DNA of 62,378 bases, filler included, from Pirum gemmata (GCA_002812295.1; 21 parts of 21 records of this genome joined end to end with filler, not necessarily neighbours in it), one strand, 5' to 3'. Counted from the first letter of the whole stretch, positions 36,446 through 49,503 are shown. A program made the numbers and translations. The notes: generated from the sequence alone by a model not told the origin.

Positions 36446-36784
36446 TTCAAAACCTTTCGTAAATGGTTCTTGGCCCGAATTAATTTTCAAATTCGCGTAG
36501 TCAGTTCCCACTATTGCTTCGATTTTTTCAATCAATTGTTTTTGCTTTTCATTGTAGTGTGATAATGTACGATTATTCATTTTAATATATTCGTAATAAA
36601 CAATATTACTAAATGTCAGTGCTGCCGTTAACCCACCAAGCATTACCAATGTTTTTGTTAATTTGGATTTTCTTGGTGTTGTTGGTGTGGCAGTAGAATA
36701 GAACTTATTTCGAAACAAACTTAATGGGATGTGTTTATTATGGCTGCTCAACAGCCGACCAGTTTTAACATAACATGTAAACAT
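34637..36784 (-). CDS. dld: Bacterial-type FAD/quinone-dependent D-lactate dehydrogenase, exons 36784-36454, 36066-35916 and 34749-34637 (3'-partial)
   Basis: Spliced reading [20 protein letters not shown]...[31 protein letters not shown]...VLCFAGA parallels the enterobacterial Dld N-terminus as I recall it (KGFRSGQGDALAVVFPGS...QAANTGLTEGSTP...RDVVIIS). All junctions are GT-AG and phase-compatible. Confidence 0.88.
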
Positions 36785-36930
36785 TTGATTTCATTGACCG
36801 TAGAAGCGTTGGTGGTTATTGTTGTAAGTTTTTACAAAAAGAATTTAACAATAACAACAATAACAACAATAACAACACAACAAGAAAAATAATAGCAACA
36901 CCAACAATAATAATAACAATAACAATAACA

Positions 36931-36972
<42 letters not shown>

Positions 36973-37199
36973 GTTAAGAATAAGAATAAGAATTAGAGTA
37001 AGAATAAGAATAATACAATGNNNNNNNNNNNNNNNNNNNNNNNNNNNNNNNNNNNNNNNNNNNNTTAATTAATTAANNNNNNNNNNNNNNNNNNNNNNNN
37101 NNNNNNNNNNNNNNNNNNNNTATTATTTTCTTTATTTTTTTATTATTTTTTTTATATTTTTTATTATTCCTATTTTATAAGAGAAGATATATAAACTGG

Positions 37200-38236
37200 G
37201 AAAATAGGAAACTTTCATGAAAAAGTATGAAATTTTATAAATTACAGTATGATTGTCACAAAATGGTATTATCATGCAATCATGGAATGAACGGGACAAA
37301 TTGGTTACAATTAGTAAAGAAAAGGAACAAGTATTTGGCCCCCCAACAGAAACAACTTAAAGAATTTAGTTTTAAAATTCTATTGAGATCAATAGACCCC
37401 TTATTTATACCATGTAAAAGTTGTGCAAAAACTTTTGAGCGAAATGAAAAAGTTCGAATTGAATGTTATTCTATCCGAAACATTTTGGTGGAATATGTAA
37501 CTATTTTAAAACTCCGGAATATTTATTTAAGTGAAAAGTTAGTAGTGGTTAAAAGAAGCAATAGAAAAATTCCCTAAAGACGGAAAAATTAAAAGCAATA
37601 ACATTAATGAAGAAATAATGATGACAATTAAATTTATGAAAGATAATATAATAGTTGAAAAAGAATTTGATAATAATGGTGAATCAACTCTTAGAGCACA
37701 AACATGTACAAAACTAATAGAAGATCAACAAGTAATAGAAGACCAACGACGAGTAATGGAATACTATAAAAAGAAAATTTTATCCATTTCAACAATGAAT
37801 TTAATGAAAACTGCCTATCAGAAGATATCCAAAATTCTTACAAAATGCTGAAACAAAATGAACAAAGCAATACTAAAATAATGAAAATGTGAAAAGTTAA
37901 TGACGAAAAAGAATGGAAAAAACTTGTGAATGAAAGAAGGAAAATATTGAAGTATCAACTAAAATATATACAAGAACATAGTTTAAAAATATTAATGCAA
38001 GTGATAGAGCCAACCTTTATCCCCTGTAATTATTGTGGAAAAGAATTTAATTATATTAATTAACAGCCAAAAAAAAGAAAAAATTGAACAAAATTTTGAA
38101 TGCAGAAATTTCAAAGAAATCTGGGCAATCTGTGCAAGACAACAAAATTTAAAGAAAATTGCAACAAACATGAATACCACATGTTTTGGCAATAAGGAAC
38201 TAAAATTAAAACGAGTTAAAAATCTAGTCAAATATA
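37200..38236 (+). pseudogene. Frameshifted coding remnant of an unclassified repeated element
   Basis: Three consecutive broken ORFs; the 3' part is paralogous to 28520-28770. Confidence 0.5.
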
Positions 38237-38460
38237 GTTAGGGTTAGGGCTAGGGTTAGGGTTAGGATTAGGGTTAGGGTTAGGGTTAGGGTTAGGGTTA
38301 GGTTTAGGGTTAGGTTTAGGGTTGGGGTTGGGGTTGNNNNNNNNNNNNNNNNNNNNNNNNNNNNNNNNNGGGTTAGGGTTAGGGTTAGGGTTAGGGTTAG
38401 GGTTAGGGTTAGGGTTAGGGTTAGGGTTAGGGTTAGGATTAGGGTTAGAGTTAGGGATTG
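38237..38460. repeat. Interstitial (TTAGGG)n array
   Basis: Read directly; lies between the element remnant and the 3' end of the 7TM gene. Confidence 0.95.
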
Positions 38461-38522
38461 CGATAAGGATTTTATTTATGTTTGTGTGCGTGTGTGTTTA
38501 TAATACATATATTAATACATAA

Positions 38523-39638
38523 TCAAGATAACAAATTGTCTTCACTATCCCTATAGGAAGACGTATCGATCACCAAAGAAGAATCTCCTGCAAGTGAAAG
38601 ATGAGGTTGATTTTTCTCATTATTAATTTGGGTATCAGAATAACGTTCTGTAGTACTTTTGTTGTTTGTATTATCATTGTACTTAGTTGCAGAACTAGAA
38701 TCAGATTTCGTAGTCATGTTGCTTGATAAAGACTGAGAAAGACGATCTGGCAACCATAATTTATACGTTACCATTAAAGCACACATTGTATTAATGAAAG
38801 TATCCATTGTTCCCATAATAACATAGACATAAACATCTTGTACATTATTAGTATTAACGTGTTCAAAACCATAATAAGTTAAAACACTAATCGAAATAGC
38901 TGTAGTAAAAATACTAATTAAACCACAAATTAAGTTTAATTTGCCAACTATTTTTAATTCTGTATTATCTTGGTTAGTTTGCATTTTCAAAAGACAGTAC
39001 AAAGGGTAACTAAAATAAAATAACAAACATGACGCTAAATTAAAATTTAATGGAATATAAAAAATACATAACCACTCAATAGTGCGAGGAACACAATACC
39101 CTTCTTTAAAATACAAAACTCCGTTACTAAAAAAAAATCCCAAAAACGGCAACGCTGCTACACTACCATAACAAGACCATTTTAATATTTTACAGTACCA
39201 AATGAAATACTTGTTTGTAATACCTACATTTACACCTTCACCTCTCTTAATAAAAATAATAATCAAAGTACAAAAATGAAGCAAATACAATCCTGCTGGT
39301 GTGCCACCCCACCAAGAACAAGCTGTTGGGCTAAGATTGGCAGCAGTGTTAACAGCTAAATCGTCAACAAGAAATAATAATGCAGATATTAAATTAATGA
39401 TCAATGTAATACTCATGAATTTGGTTCCTGGCTTACAAGTTTTAAATTTGGGTATGGTTGTTATTAAAGTAACAATCAAAGCTATACTGATAATAAAAAT
39501 ATAAATGCATATTAATACTATAGGTACGACTCTCATTTTTAAAAAAGCTTCAGTGGCTGGGATGTATTCAAATTCATCGGCTCCATCACCACGATCTGGA
39601 ATAAATCCATTAGTTTTCCCAGTGGTATAGTAGACCAT
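38523..39638 (-). CDS. Intronless seven-transmembrane GPCR-like protein
   Basis: 371 aa with seven hydrophobic segments, Cys at the top of TM3 (TACS) and in loop 2 (YCVP), basic residues after TM3, and a Ser/Thr-rich tail. Confidence 0.8.
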   Translation of the reverse strand: MVYYTTGKTNGFIPDRGDGADEFEYIPATEAFLKMRVVPIVLICIYIFIISIALIVTLITTIPKFKTCKPGTKFMSITLIINLISALLFLVDDLAVNTAANLSPTACSWWGGTPAGLYLLHFCTLIIIFIKRGEGVNVGITNKYFIWYCKILKWSCYGSVAALPFLGFFFSNGVLYFKEGYCVPRTIEWLCIFYIPLNFNLASCLLFYFSYPLYCLLKMQTNQDNTELKIVGKLNLICGLISIFTTAISISVLTYYGFEHVNTNNVQDVYVYVIMGTMDTFINTMCALMVTYKLWLPDRLSQSLSSNMTTKSDSSSATKYNDNTNNKSTTERYSDTQINNEKNQPHLSLAGDSSLVIDTSSYRDSEDNLLS

Positions 39639-39787
39639 AATAATAATAATAATAACTAATAATGACTAATCAATAACTAATAATGNNNNNNNNNNNNNNN
39701 NNNNNNNNNNNNNNNNNNNNNNNNNNNNNTTAATTAATTAANNNNNNNNNNNNNNNNNNNNNNNNNNNNNNNNNNNNNNNNNNNNAT

Positions 39788-39912
<125 letters not shown>

Positions 39913-40541
39913 GCAGTAGTAGTAGTAGTGGTGGTGGTGGTAGTGGTAGTGGTGGTAGTAGTAATAGTGGTGGTAGTAGTAGTATTGGTGTGAAGCAATC
40001 GAAGACAGTTCATACAACAGAACAATAATCGAGTATTGCACAAAAATAACAAATTGTAGCCAGTGTTCTGATGCTGGTTAAAGTAAATGGTAAAATTTAA
40101 CATTGAACTGTTACTCTATAAGCGTGCAACAATTAGTTAGTATTAAAATCCTTAACCAAAATATTGAAATATAAATCAAAGATAAAAATAACTACACAAC
40201 AGTTACAGTATTAACATTGTTGCATGCTTACAATTACATTACTTCTTATTTTGATAGTAGATGTTACATTGGTTGCAAGAAAACTATACCAATGGTAGTG
40301 TGCAATCTAAAAAAAATAAAAATAAAAAATCAATATTACTTAATTAATTACCTTTTAATCGAAGCCCTTACCCCCAAAAGTTTAGTTGTTAGCCCGAAAG
40401 AAAAAAAAGGATAGGAAAAGTCTCTTTTAAAATTTTAATATATTGTTTTTTAATTAATATTCGTTATTTTAAAATATAGTTAAAACGTTGTGTTAGCATA
40501 GTATAGTATTGGCATCATTATTATTTTTTACATATTATTGT

Positions 40542-40728
40542 ATCGAGTACTTTTCAGTTGTTTTGTCATCATAAAGTATACAATAAATAGTACCAAATTA
40601 ATAAAATATAAACCCATTTAATTTAATTTGGTATATTTTATTATCTATGTATCGATTTAAAAATGACAATTTAAATATTATAACCCTCCAAATAAATATT
40701 CAGAGACAAAATAAATGAAAATCACGAT
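40542..40728. mobile_element. MITE, family A
   Basis: Full-length match to 23504-23690 and 48495-48676. Confidence 0.85.
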
Positions 40729-43588
40729 AGTTTTTGTTGAAAAAATGACATGGTCTAGACATTATTAGACACTTACTAGGCACCCCTTGGTCTAATACGA
40801 TTTTTTGAAGTCCTTGATGTAGATTATACCAAATTATTTTTTCAGTTAAAATAAAAAATGCCAAATATGTTCACCAAGCTTGATAATGTTTCAATTTGAT
40901 GTTCGTGGGCTGTTTGTGGACATTTTTTGTAGTCTGATTATCTGATATCCATTGTAATTTTGTTTGTTTGTTTGAAAAATTTCTGTACGAGTTCATGATT
41001 TTTATCAAAAATCAAAATACAACCTGCCTAAAAAAGTTTAATTGGTAGATTTTGGTTGCTATGGGTCTAGGGCAAAAAAAAAAAAAAAAAACTTGATTTT
41101 TCTTGAAAAAAAAAAAAAAAAAATTTATTTTTCGGAAAAAAAAAAAAAAACCTAGTCTAGCTAGTCTAGTAGACTAGCTACTAGTAGTCTCTAGCTATCA
41201 TAGCTAGAGTCTATGATACTAGCTACTAGCTAGCTAGCAGGACCTACTACTAGCTAGGACTATGACTCTAGCTAGAGTAGCTAGAGGGGGGGGTTTATTA
41301 TGAATTTATGATAGCCTAAAAAAGTTTACAAATACAAAAAAGCTTATCATACAAAATATCTCATGAAAAAAAACTAACTTCTAGACTAGCTAGCTAGCTA
41401 GACCGGGTGGTAGTCAGATCGTAGTCTATCTCAGGTCTATCTAGAATCTGGATATGATATCTCTTTCAAGACACTGACTTTTTTCCCACCCTAAAAATAT
41501 TCGCAAAAAAAAAGTGGATTCTCGAAAAATTAGGTAGCTCAGGTATAAAAATAATTTGGCCAGTAGACTAGCATTCTATTTTCTATAGAAAATGGTGTAA
41601 AGATTTNNNNNNNNNNNNNNNNNNNNNNNNNNNNNNNNNNNNNNNNNNNNNNNNNNNNNNNNNNNNNNNNNNNNNNNNNNNNNNNNNNNNNNNNNNNNNN
41701 NNNNNNNNNNNNNNNNNNNNNNNNNNNNNNNNNNNNNNNNNNNGAACTAAACGAGCTATTGAAATGAAACTTTCACTTTTCTCATTTACTTTTTCGAAAC
41801 GAATCCATTGATACCAATAGTCTATTGGATGAAATAATTTTTAACTCAAAAAATTAAAAAAGAAAAATACATTAATTTTTAGGCCCGGAAAAAAGTAAGT
41901 GTTTATCTCTAGCTAGTAGACTCTGATAGTCTATGGCTCGATCTCTAGCTAGCTAGGGTAGTCTATAGACTAGCTATCTTCTAGCTAGACCTTACTAGCT
42001 ATCATATATATATCGAAAACTGAAATAAACGTACCAAATTGTTATTATGATTAAACTATTGACCATGTTTTAATTTAATTTGGTATTTTGTACTTAATGT
42101 TGTATTTTATAAAAAAGTTCAATTATACACTTAAACAGTACCAAATTAAGCATTGAGAGGGGAAATAGACATAGAGAAATAGACGATAATAAATGGGATT
42201 CTAGATTGTCCGGATTCAGTATTTTTATAAAATAAAAATTTTTTTTATTTATTTATTATTATTATTATTTTTTTTTTTTTTTTATTTTTTTTTTTTTTNN
42301 NNNNNNNNNNNNNNNNNNNNNNNNNNNNNNNNNNNNNNNNNNTTAATTAATTAANNNNNNNNNNNNNNNNNNNNNNNNNNNNNNNNNNNNNNNNNNNNAT
42401 TGTTATTGTTATTGTTATTGTTATTGTTATTGTTATTATCCCAGAAGCAATGATAGCAATTGGTCGTATGCAGTCGAAAAGATTAAACCAGTTAATGTAA
42501 TCAATAACAATGATTGTATTGGTATCATTTTTAGTACAACTATTACTAACATTGGATGTCAAGAAATGCACAAAGGGGACACAACTTCACACAAGACTTT
42601 AGAAATTGCTCTAATTTTTTTTTTGGAGCAACAGCATTACTGAACGTCTGAAAAAGGCGAGTGAAGTCTATTGCGAAACCCCTTTTTCAAAAGGGAATAA
42701 AAAAAAACTTTTGAAAATTACAGAAAAGTATCTGTGTTATTTAATGTTATTTACTTAATTTTTTATTTTCAAAATAGTCGAATACGAACGATTTAGTTAC
42801 GTCGGAACACAAGACAGTCCGGCGGATAATTCAGAAGAGAGAGTAACAACTTTTGAACCAACACGTAGAAATACAAATTTAACACCAACATCCACCAACA
42901 TCGAACATTCGAATAGATTCGGATTTTAAGAATGGAAGTACCGTAGAATCTGTAGCCATGGTTATCAATAATTTAATTAATGTAACTTCACAAAGTTCCG
43001 GAAATGGTCCATACCGAGTTACCAAAAATAAAGTAGGTTGGTTTGATATTACTTATAGAAAATGTAGACATTTTTCAGGTTATCGATAGTTAGCACTATA
43101 TAAGAGAGTGTTAAAATACCATGTTCAAGCTATATAACTAAATAAGGTAATAATTATAGTTATAATTATGCACCCATGAACCTACTAGCAACGCTAAAGA
43201 GCGCCAAATTTACAAAGCCAAAAGGGTAGTTAGGGGTTAGGGTTGATGACCAATTGCTGCTTCTGATGGTAGTTGGGTGGGCCAATTCTTCTTCTGTAAT
43301 TTCTAAAGGAACAATTACTATTTAGACCCCCCTCTATTAGTTCGCTGTTTCTCAATCAAAAACTCAACCCCAAGATTAACATTTTTACTAAGCATTATTT
43401 TTAAACTGAAGTTCTTTACAAAATAATTTCAATTTCCAATTTTTAGATCAAAAGTTTACACTCTTATTACTACCAATTTATTGACCCCGGATCTCGTAAC
43501 TGAGAGACAAGTTGTTAGCCGATCAAACCCTTTACTCGATCAAGTTTTACAAATGTCGCCATAGACAACGAGTTATCTCTCTATCAAA

Positions 43589-43823
43589 CTAGCGCTTTGA
43601 TTTAGTTTTTGCCTTTGTAATATTTCTATTGCAGGGTTTCCCATTTTTAAATAAAGAAGAAGGGCAGTGGTTTTGTAAATTACATTGCTGGCATTCTGGT
43701 TTAACAGGTTTGCAAATTTGCTGTTTAGTTATAATTGTTTTTAAATTGCATATGAGTATATTTATTAACATCGTACACAGCACCATCTACCATCACCAAC
43801 ACCAACACCAAAAATATAACATC

Positions 43824-43887
<64 letters not shown>

Positions 43888-44798
43888 AGGTAAAAAAGAG
43901 AAGGAAAGAAGGAAAGAAGGAAAGAACTATAACCAGTAAAACTAAAACAGAAATTTAAGTTAAAAGAGATACTATCACTAGATACGAAACATAAACAAAT
44001 AAGTGTATTACACTGAAATCAAATAGACAATAATGATAACCAAAAAATAAGTTCTACAACAACGACATCAACATATATACTGATATTACCTTTTCTATAA
44101 CGAAAAACTTAACTAAAATAAAAAACAGAACACAAGCAATAAACAGTAAGCAACAAAGAACACCAAACGCTAAACACTAAATAATAACAAACAGTAAACA
44201 GCAGATAATCTACAACCAAAACAAGGGATAGCTAATAAGACAACAAGATACAACATCAAATATCATTAAGTAATTGACAAGTAACCTGGCCAAAACCGAC
44301 TAGAAGCAAATTAACGTCTAACCAACACTCTTTTGGGAGAAGTTTTTCTAATTCCACTCTTGTGTGTTCAGGTGTTTTATTTTCTGTATTGATCCATTTT
44401 AGTCGATTGGAAATTCTATGCACATGGACATCAACACCTTCAAACGGATAAAAATAAGAGTTACAAAAAAACAATCACTAGAGGAAATAGGTAATCATAA
44501 AATCAAAAACTACGGACAAGGTATATGATTGCATATAATTAATACATCATTGTCGGAGATAAATATAGTAGTATAAAAATAAGGTCAAGTTAAGATAAAG
44601 AAGGGGTGAAAATGGGTGTGAGGGTGTGCGAGGTATTTAGATATGCTGTGGAGGGAAATCGGAGGACAAAATAAAAGTAATATTAAGTGAGTGGGCAGGC
44701 AAAAAGGAAAAAAAAGATGATAAAATATAGATAATTAACAAGCTATTGGGGAATAATAAACTGGTTACCAAAAACCGATTAAAGAATAATACCTATTC
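43589..44798 (-). CDS. NTH1: Endonuclease III homologue, 3' exons: 44798-44793 (predicted microexon), 44437-44286 and 43720-43589
   Basis: [15 protein letters not shown]...[10 protein letters not shown]...[31 protein letters not shown] (C-x6-C-x2-C-x5-C 4Fe-4S motif); GT-AG junctions in phase. Confidence 0.93.
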
Positions 44799-45626
44799 CT
44801 ATATTAAAATCAATCAATCAAGAAAGCAAAGAGGAGCAGCACATAATTATGAAAAAGCAATATAATTAGTTAGTACACACACGAGTATGAAATATCAATA
44901 CCATAAAAAACAAAAGAAAATGAAATAAAGTAAAACTAGTACAACTTGCACCCANNNNNNNNNNNNNNNNNNNNNNNNNNNNNNNNNNNNNNNNNNNNTT
45001 AATTAATTAANNNNNNNNNNNNNNNNNNNNNNNNNNNNNNNNNNNNNNNNNNNNACAATAACAATAACAATAACAATAACAATAACAATAACAATAATAC
45101 CAAGAACAATAATACCAATACCAATAACAAAAACAATATACCAAGAACAATAATACCAATGACAATACCAATAACAAGAACAATAATAATACCAATAGCG
45201 AAAATACCAACACCAAGAACACCAAGAACACCAAGAACACCAATAACAATAACAATAACAATAACAGTAATAAATAACAATAATAAATAACAATAATAAA
45301 TAATAAATAATAAATAATAATAATAATAATAACAATTAACAATTTACAATTAACAATTTACAATAATAATAGCCATAACCATAACAATAACCATAACGAT
45401 AATAATAACAATAAACATAACAATAACAATAACAATAACAATAACAATAACAATAACAATAACAATAACAATAACAATAACAATAACAATAACAATAACA
45501 ATAACAATAACAATAACANNNNNNNNNNNNNNNNNNNNNNNNNNNNCAATAACAATAACAATAACAATAACAATAACAATAACAATAACAATAACAATAA
45601 CAATAACAATAATCATAATCATAATC

Positions 45627-45661
<35 letters not shown>

Positions 45662-45762
45662 CATAACAATAACAACAGCAATAGTAATAACAATAACAAT
45701 AACAATAACAATATTGTTGAACGTAAAAAATAAAAAATAAGAAATAAAAATAAACAACTCAC

Positions 45763-46103
45763 TTTAAATCAGCAGCTCTACCTTTTCCCATACCAAAGGT
45801 CTTAGTTGGAGTGTTAACAGAAACAAAAACCAAGTCCGCTTCTTGGATACTTATAGCAACATCAGTAGTAAAGAAAAGATTTCTTCCGCGTGCCTCTTTT
45901 ACTACTGCATCTAGCCCGGGCTCGTAAATTGGCAAATCATCAGAGTTCCAGGCATCGATGCGAGCTTGATTCAAATCAACAATAGTTACTTTGATGTGGG
46001 GACACTTCAAGGCCAAAACGGCACAAGTTGGGCCACCTACATATCCAGCACCCACACAACAGATAGTTTTAACCTGTTTAACACCAAATTCACCAGTAGT
46101 CAT
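45763..46103 (-). CDS. UGDH: UDP-glucose 6-dehydrogenase, first exon
   Basis: [28 protein letters not shown] and GKGRAADLK motifs; donor GTGAGT after 45763. Confidence 0.96.
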
Positions 46104-46520
46104 GATTAATAAAGTGTATTAAGGTGTGTATGTGTGTTTGTTTGTTTGTCTGTGAGTGTGTGTTTGTATTAAATGAAGGATATAAAAAACGGATAAGGTA
46201 AAATAATAAAATACAAAGAACAACAAAAGAAATTGAATTTTTTTTTTTTAATTGTAAAAAATAAAATTATTTATATTACTGTGTATCATATACCATATGA
46301 ATAATATGACATGGGTTCAGAAGTGAAAGTCTGACCACCATTTTAATCAAAGTCATTTATTTTTTATAAAAAAAAACAATCATAACAAAAATTTCCAGTT
46401 CGGTTTGAAAAAAAAAAAATAATAATAATTAAAAAAATAATTACTTTTGTGCTAGGGCTCGCTCGATCAAATTCGAGTTAAAATAATAAAAGAAATAAAT
46501 TGTTGTCCAGACCAAGTTTC

Positions 46521-46586
<66 letters not shown>

Positions 46587-47828
46587 TTTTAAAGGTTCGA
46601 TCGATCAAGGACTTGAAGTTCTTGGTTCGATTGGAATTTTTTTTTTTCAAATAATCATTACTTATTGTTGGCTTGATCGGTTTCATTCGATTCAAAACCT
46701 GAACGAACATATTATTGATATAAATTTTTTTTTAAAATCAATCGAGCTTAACAAATCGAGTATTTTGACTATCCTGATATTTTTTTCAGATATTTTTTCG
46801 AGTCAATCTTTTTTTTAAAAAATATTTTTAAAGTTTCGAGCGATCAAATTATTTTTTAAATCAATCGAGCTTAACAAATCGAGTATTCAATCACTAAAGT
46901 AGTCTAGCTAAGTACTTCAATCAAACAAATCAGATTTGTTTTTTTATTTTTGTTTTTTTTTTTTACTTTTTTTTACTTTTTTGGTAACTTTTTCTCATTT
47001 GGACAAATATCTACACATACTATTTAAACTCTATTTAAAACGTTCGCATTTTTTAAAGTCATATAATAAACACTTTTATTTTCCGCAGAATACGCGCATA
47101 ATAACTTGCGTCACACACACTATTTAAACTTTTTAGATAAGAAAGAAATCTAGCTAGAAAAGGAAATTAAGCACAAAAATATCAAAACCATTTGCGCATA
47201 AAATTTCGTTATTTTTAAATTAGTAAATTCTTCCGAAATGTAGTCTTTTCGCAAAAAAAATTTTGTTTATTATAATTATAATTATAAATAAACGGAGTTC
47301 ACGAGTTCAGAATAAAACAGAACCAGCAAACACGATATAGACTACTTATACATTAGTTTTATTATTACAGTTATTAGATATACTATTTTCATTTATTCAC
47401 TCTGAATATTTATTTGGAGGGTTATAATCTTTAAACTGCTATTTTTAAATCAATATATAGATAATAAAATATACCAAATTAAATTAAATGGATTTATATT
47501 ATATTAATTTGGCACTATTTATTGTATATTTTATGATGACAAAACTACTGAAAACCACCTAGTCTAGCTAGGGTCTACTATCGATAGTAGACTAGACGGG
47601 GAGGGTTANNNNNNNNNNNNNNNNNNNNNNNNNNNNNNNNNNNNNNNNNNNNTTAATTAATTAANNNNNNNNNNNNNNNNNNNNNNNNNNNNNNNNNNNN
47701 NNNNNNNNTTTTTAAAATATTTTTGACGAAATATTTGGAATAGTGTTTGCTTTTATTTATTATTTATTTTTTGAATTTCTCTCCGCAAATCTCCAGCGAG
47801 GTTTTTTCTCATTTTTTATTATTATGTA

Positions 47829-47868
<40 letters not shown>

Positions 47869-48494
47869 TTTCGTAATATAAAGGTTCATTTTGTAAAGAA
47901 ATATGATAACTGAGATAAATAACTACAGTTTAATTAAAACTGATAACCAAGAGATTTTTTTTGTTTTATCGATACACCTTCTACTATCATGATGGTCATC
48001 ATGTTATAATATTCATTTTCACTAAATTATAATAAAGTAAATTTGTGGCAAAATAATAATAATAATAATTCACCCCTTCTTGGAATTTATCTCATATATT
48101 TTGTTCTACTTTCATTAATTAAAAACTATGTAGTGTTTGTAGTATTTGGTATTAGTACCAGTGTTAGTGTTAATATTAGCATTAGTATTAGTAGTACTAT
48201 TAAATAAGTATTAGTATTAGTTTTAGTTTCAGTTTTAGGTTTAGTTTTAATTTTAACAGTATTAGCATTAGTATTAGTATTAGAATAGTATTAGTACTGT
48301 AGTAGTATTAGTATTAGTATTAGTATTAGTATTAGTATTAGTATTATTAAATAGTATTAGTATTAAAGTATTAGTAGTATAGTATTATGAGATCAGTATT
48401 AGTATAAGTATTAGTATTAGTATTTGCAATTGTATTGGTATTATTAGCTAGTTATTTTAATTACAATTATATTATATTAAATAATTAATTAGCT

Positions 48495-48676
48495 ATAGTG
48501 CTTTTCTTTTGTCATCATAAAATATACAATAAATAGTACCAAATAAATACAATATAAACCCATTTGATTTAATTTGGTATATTTTATTATCTATGTATTG
48601 ATTTAAAAATGCCAATTTAAAGATTATAACACTCCAAATAAATATTCAGAGTGACAAACTAAATGAAAAGCACGAT
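48495..48676. mobile_element. MITE, family A
   Basis: ATAGTGCTTTTC ... GAAAAGCACGAT termini. Confidence 0.85.
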
Positions 48677-48806
48677 ATATTATTATATAAATATATCATA
48701 GTATTTTTTTTATTTTTTTTTTTNNNNNNNNNNNNNNNNNNNNNNNNNNNNNNNNNAAAAAAAAAAAAAAAAAAAAAAAAATGGTTAGGTTATTCATAAC
48801 TAGTAG

Positions 48807-49001
48807 GGGAGCGTTCAATAATACGTTACGTAACGCTGTGAGGTAGGGTCTAGGGTCGGATTTTTTGTTACACATCGTGAGTCAGTGGGTAGGTATTTTA
48901 AAATTAAGGTGGGGGGGACCGGGGGGTAGTCCTTCCCATACGTAACAGGGGAGGGTAGGTTTTTGCCCCAAATTGGCGATACGTAATTATTGAACGCTCC
49001 C
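48807..49001. mobile_element. Harbinger-like MITE with intact 3-bp TSD
   Basis: TAG|GGGAGCGTTCAATAAT ... ATTATTGAACGCTCCC|TAG; TIR shared with family B but a different interior. Confidence 0.9.
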
Positions 49002-49271
49002 TAGGCTATTCGGTGGTATTCAATATTGCCATTCTATTGGAGCTAAAAACCTTTTTAAAGCAATCAGCTAGCAGGACCAGAGGTTCAACCAATGGGTGGG
49101 TAACCATTAGCACTCAAAGTTTCTTTTCTTTTCGTTTTCTTTTCACATTTTTTTATTGGTCAATATATTTTTCTATGACAAAAGCATTTTTATTATTATT
49201 TTTTTTTTACACTACTACGCCTAAGAGATTTTACTGGTCAACATAATAATATATTATACCAGTAAAAAATC

Positions 49272-49503
49272 AGTAGGGGTGAGATATCTACTGTAACTTT
49301 TTTCGAACAGATGTTTATCGAGCCAACCTTAGTTCCGTGTTTCTTACTAATAATAGCAGTTAAGTAGCTTAAAATAGTAAATTTAATTATATTAGATACC
49401 AATTAAAGAATAATATTAACATTAATAGTAATAAAACTATAAAAATAGGAAAAGTTCCGGCAGCTGCTCGGTAACAATAAAATGACGTCATCTCACCCCT
49501 ACT
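49272..49503. mobile_element. MITE, family C
   Basis: Perfect TIR AGTAGGGGTGAGAT / ATCTCACCCCTACT. Confidence 0.88.

Noticed and set aside
42440..42930. Possible + strand exons (…VEYERFSYVGTQDSPADNSEERV…)
   Set aside because: Open for 50-80 codons but with no recognisable motif or consistent splice model.
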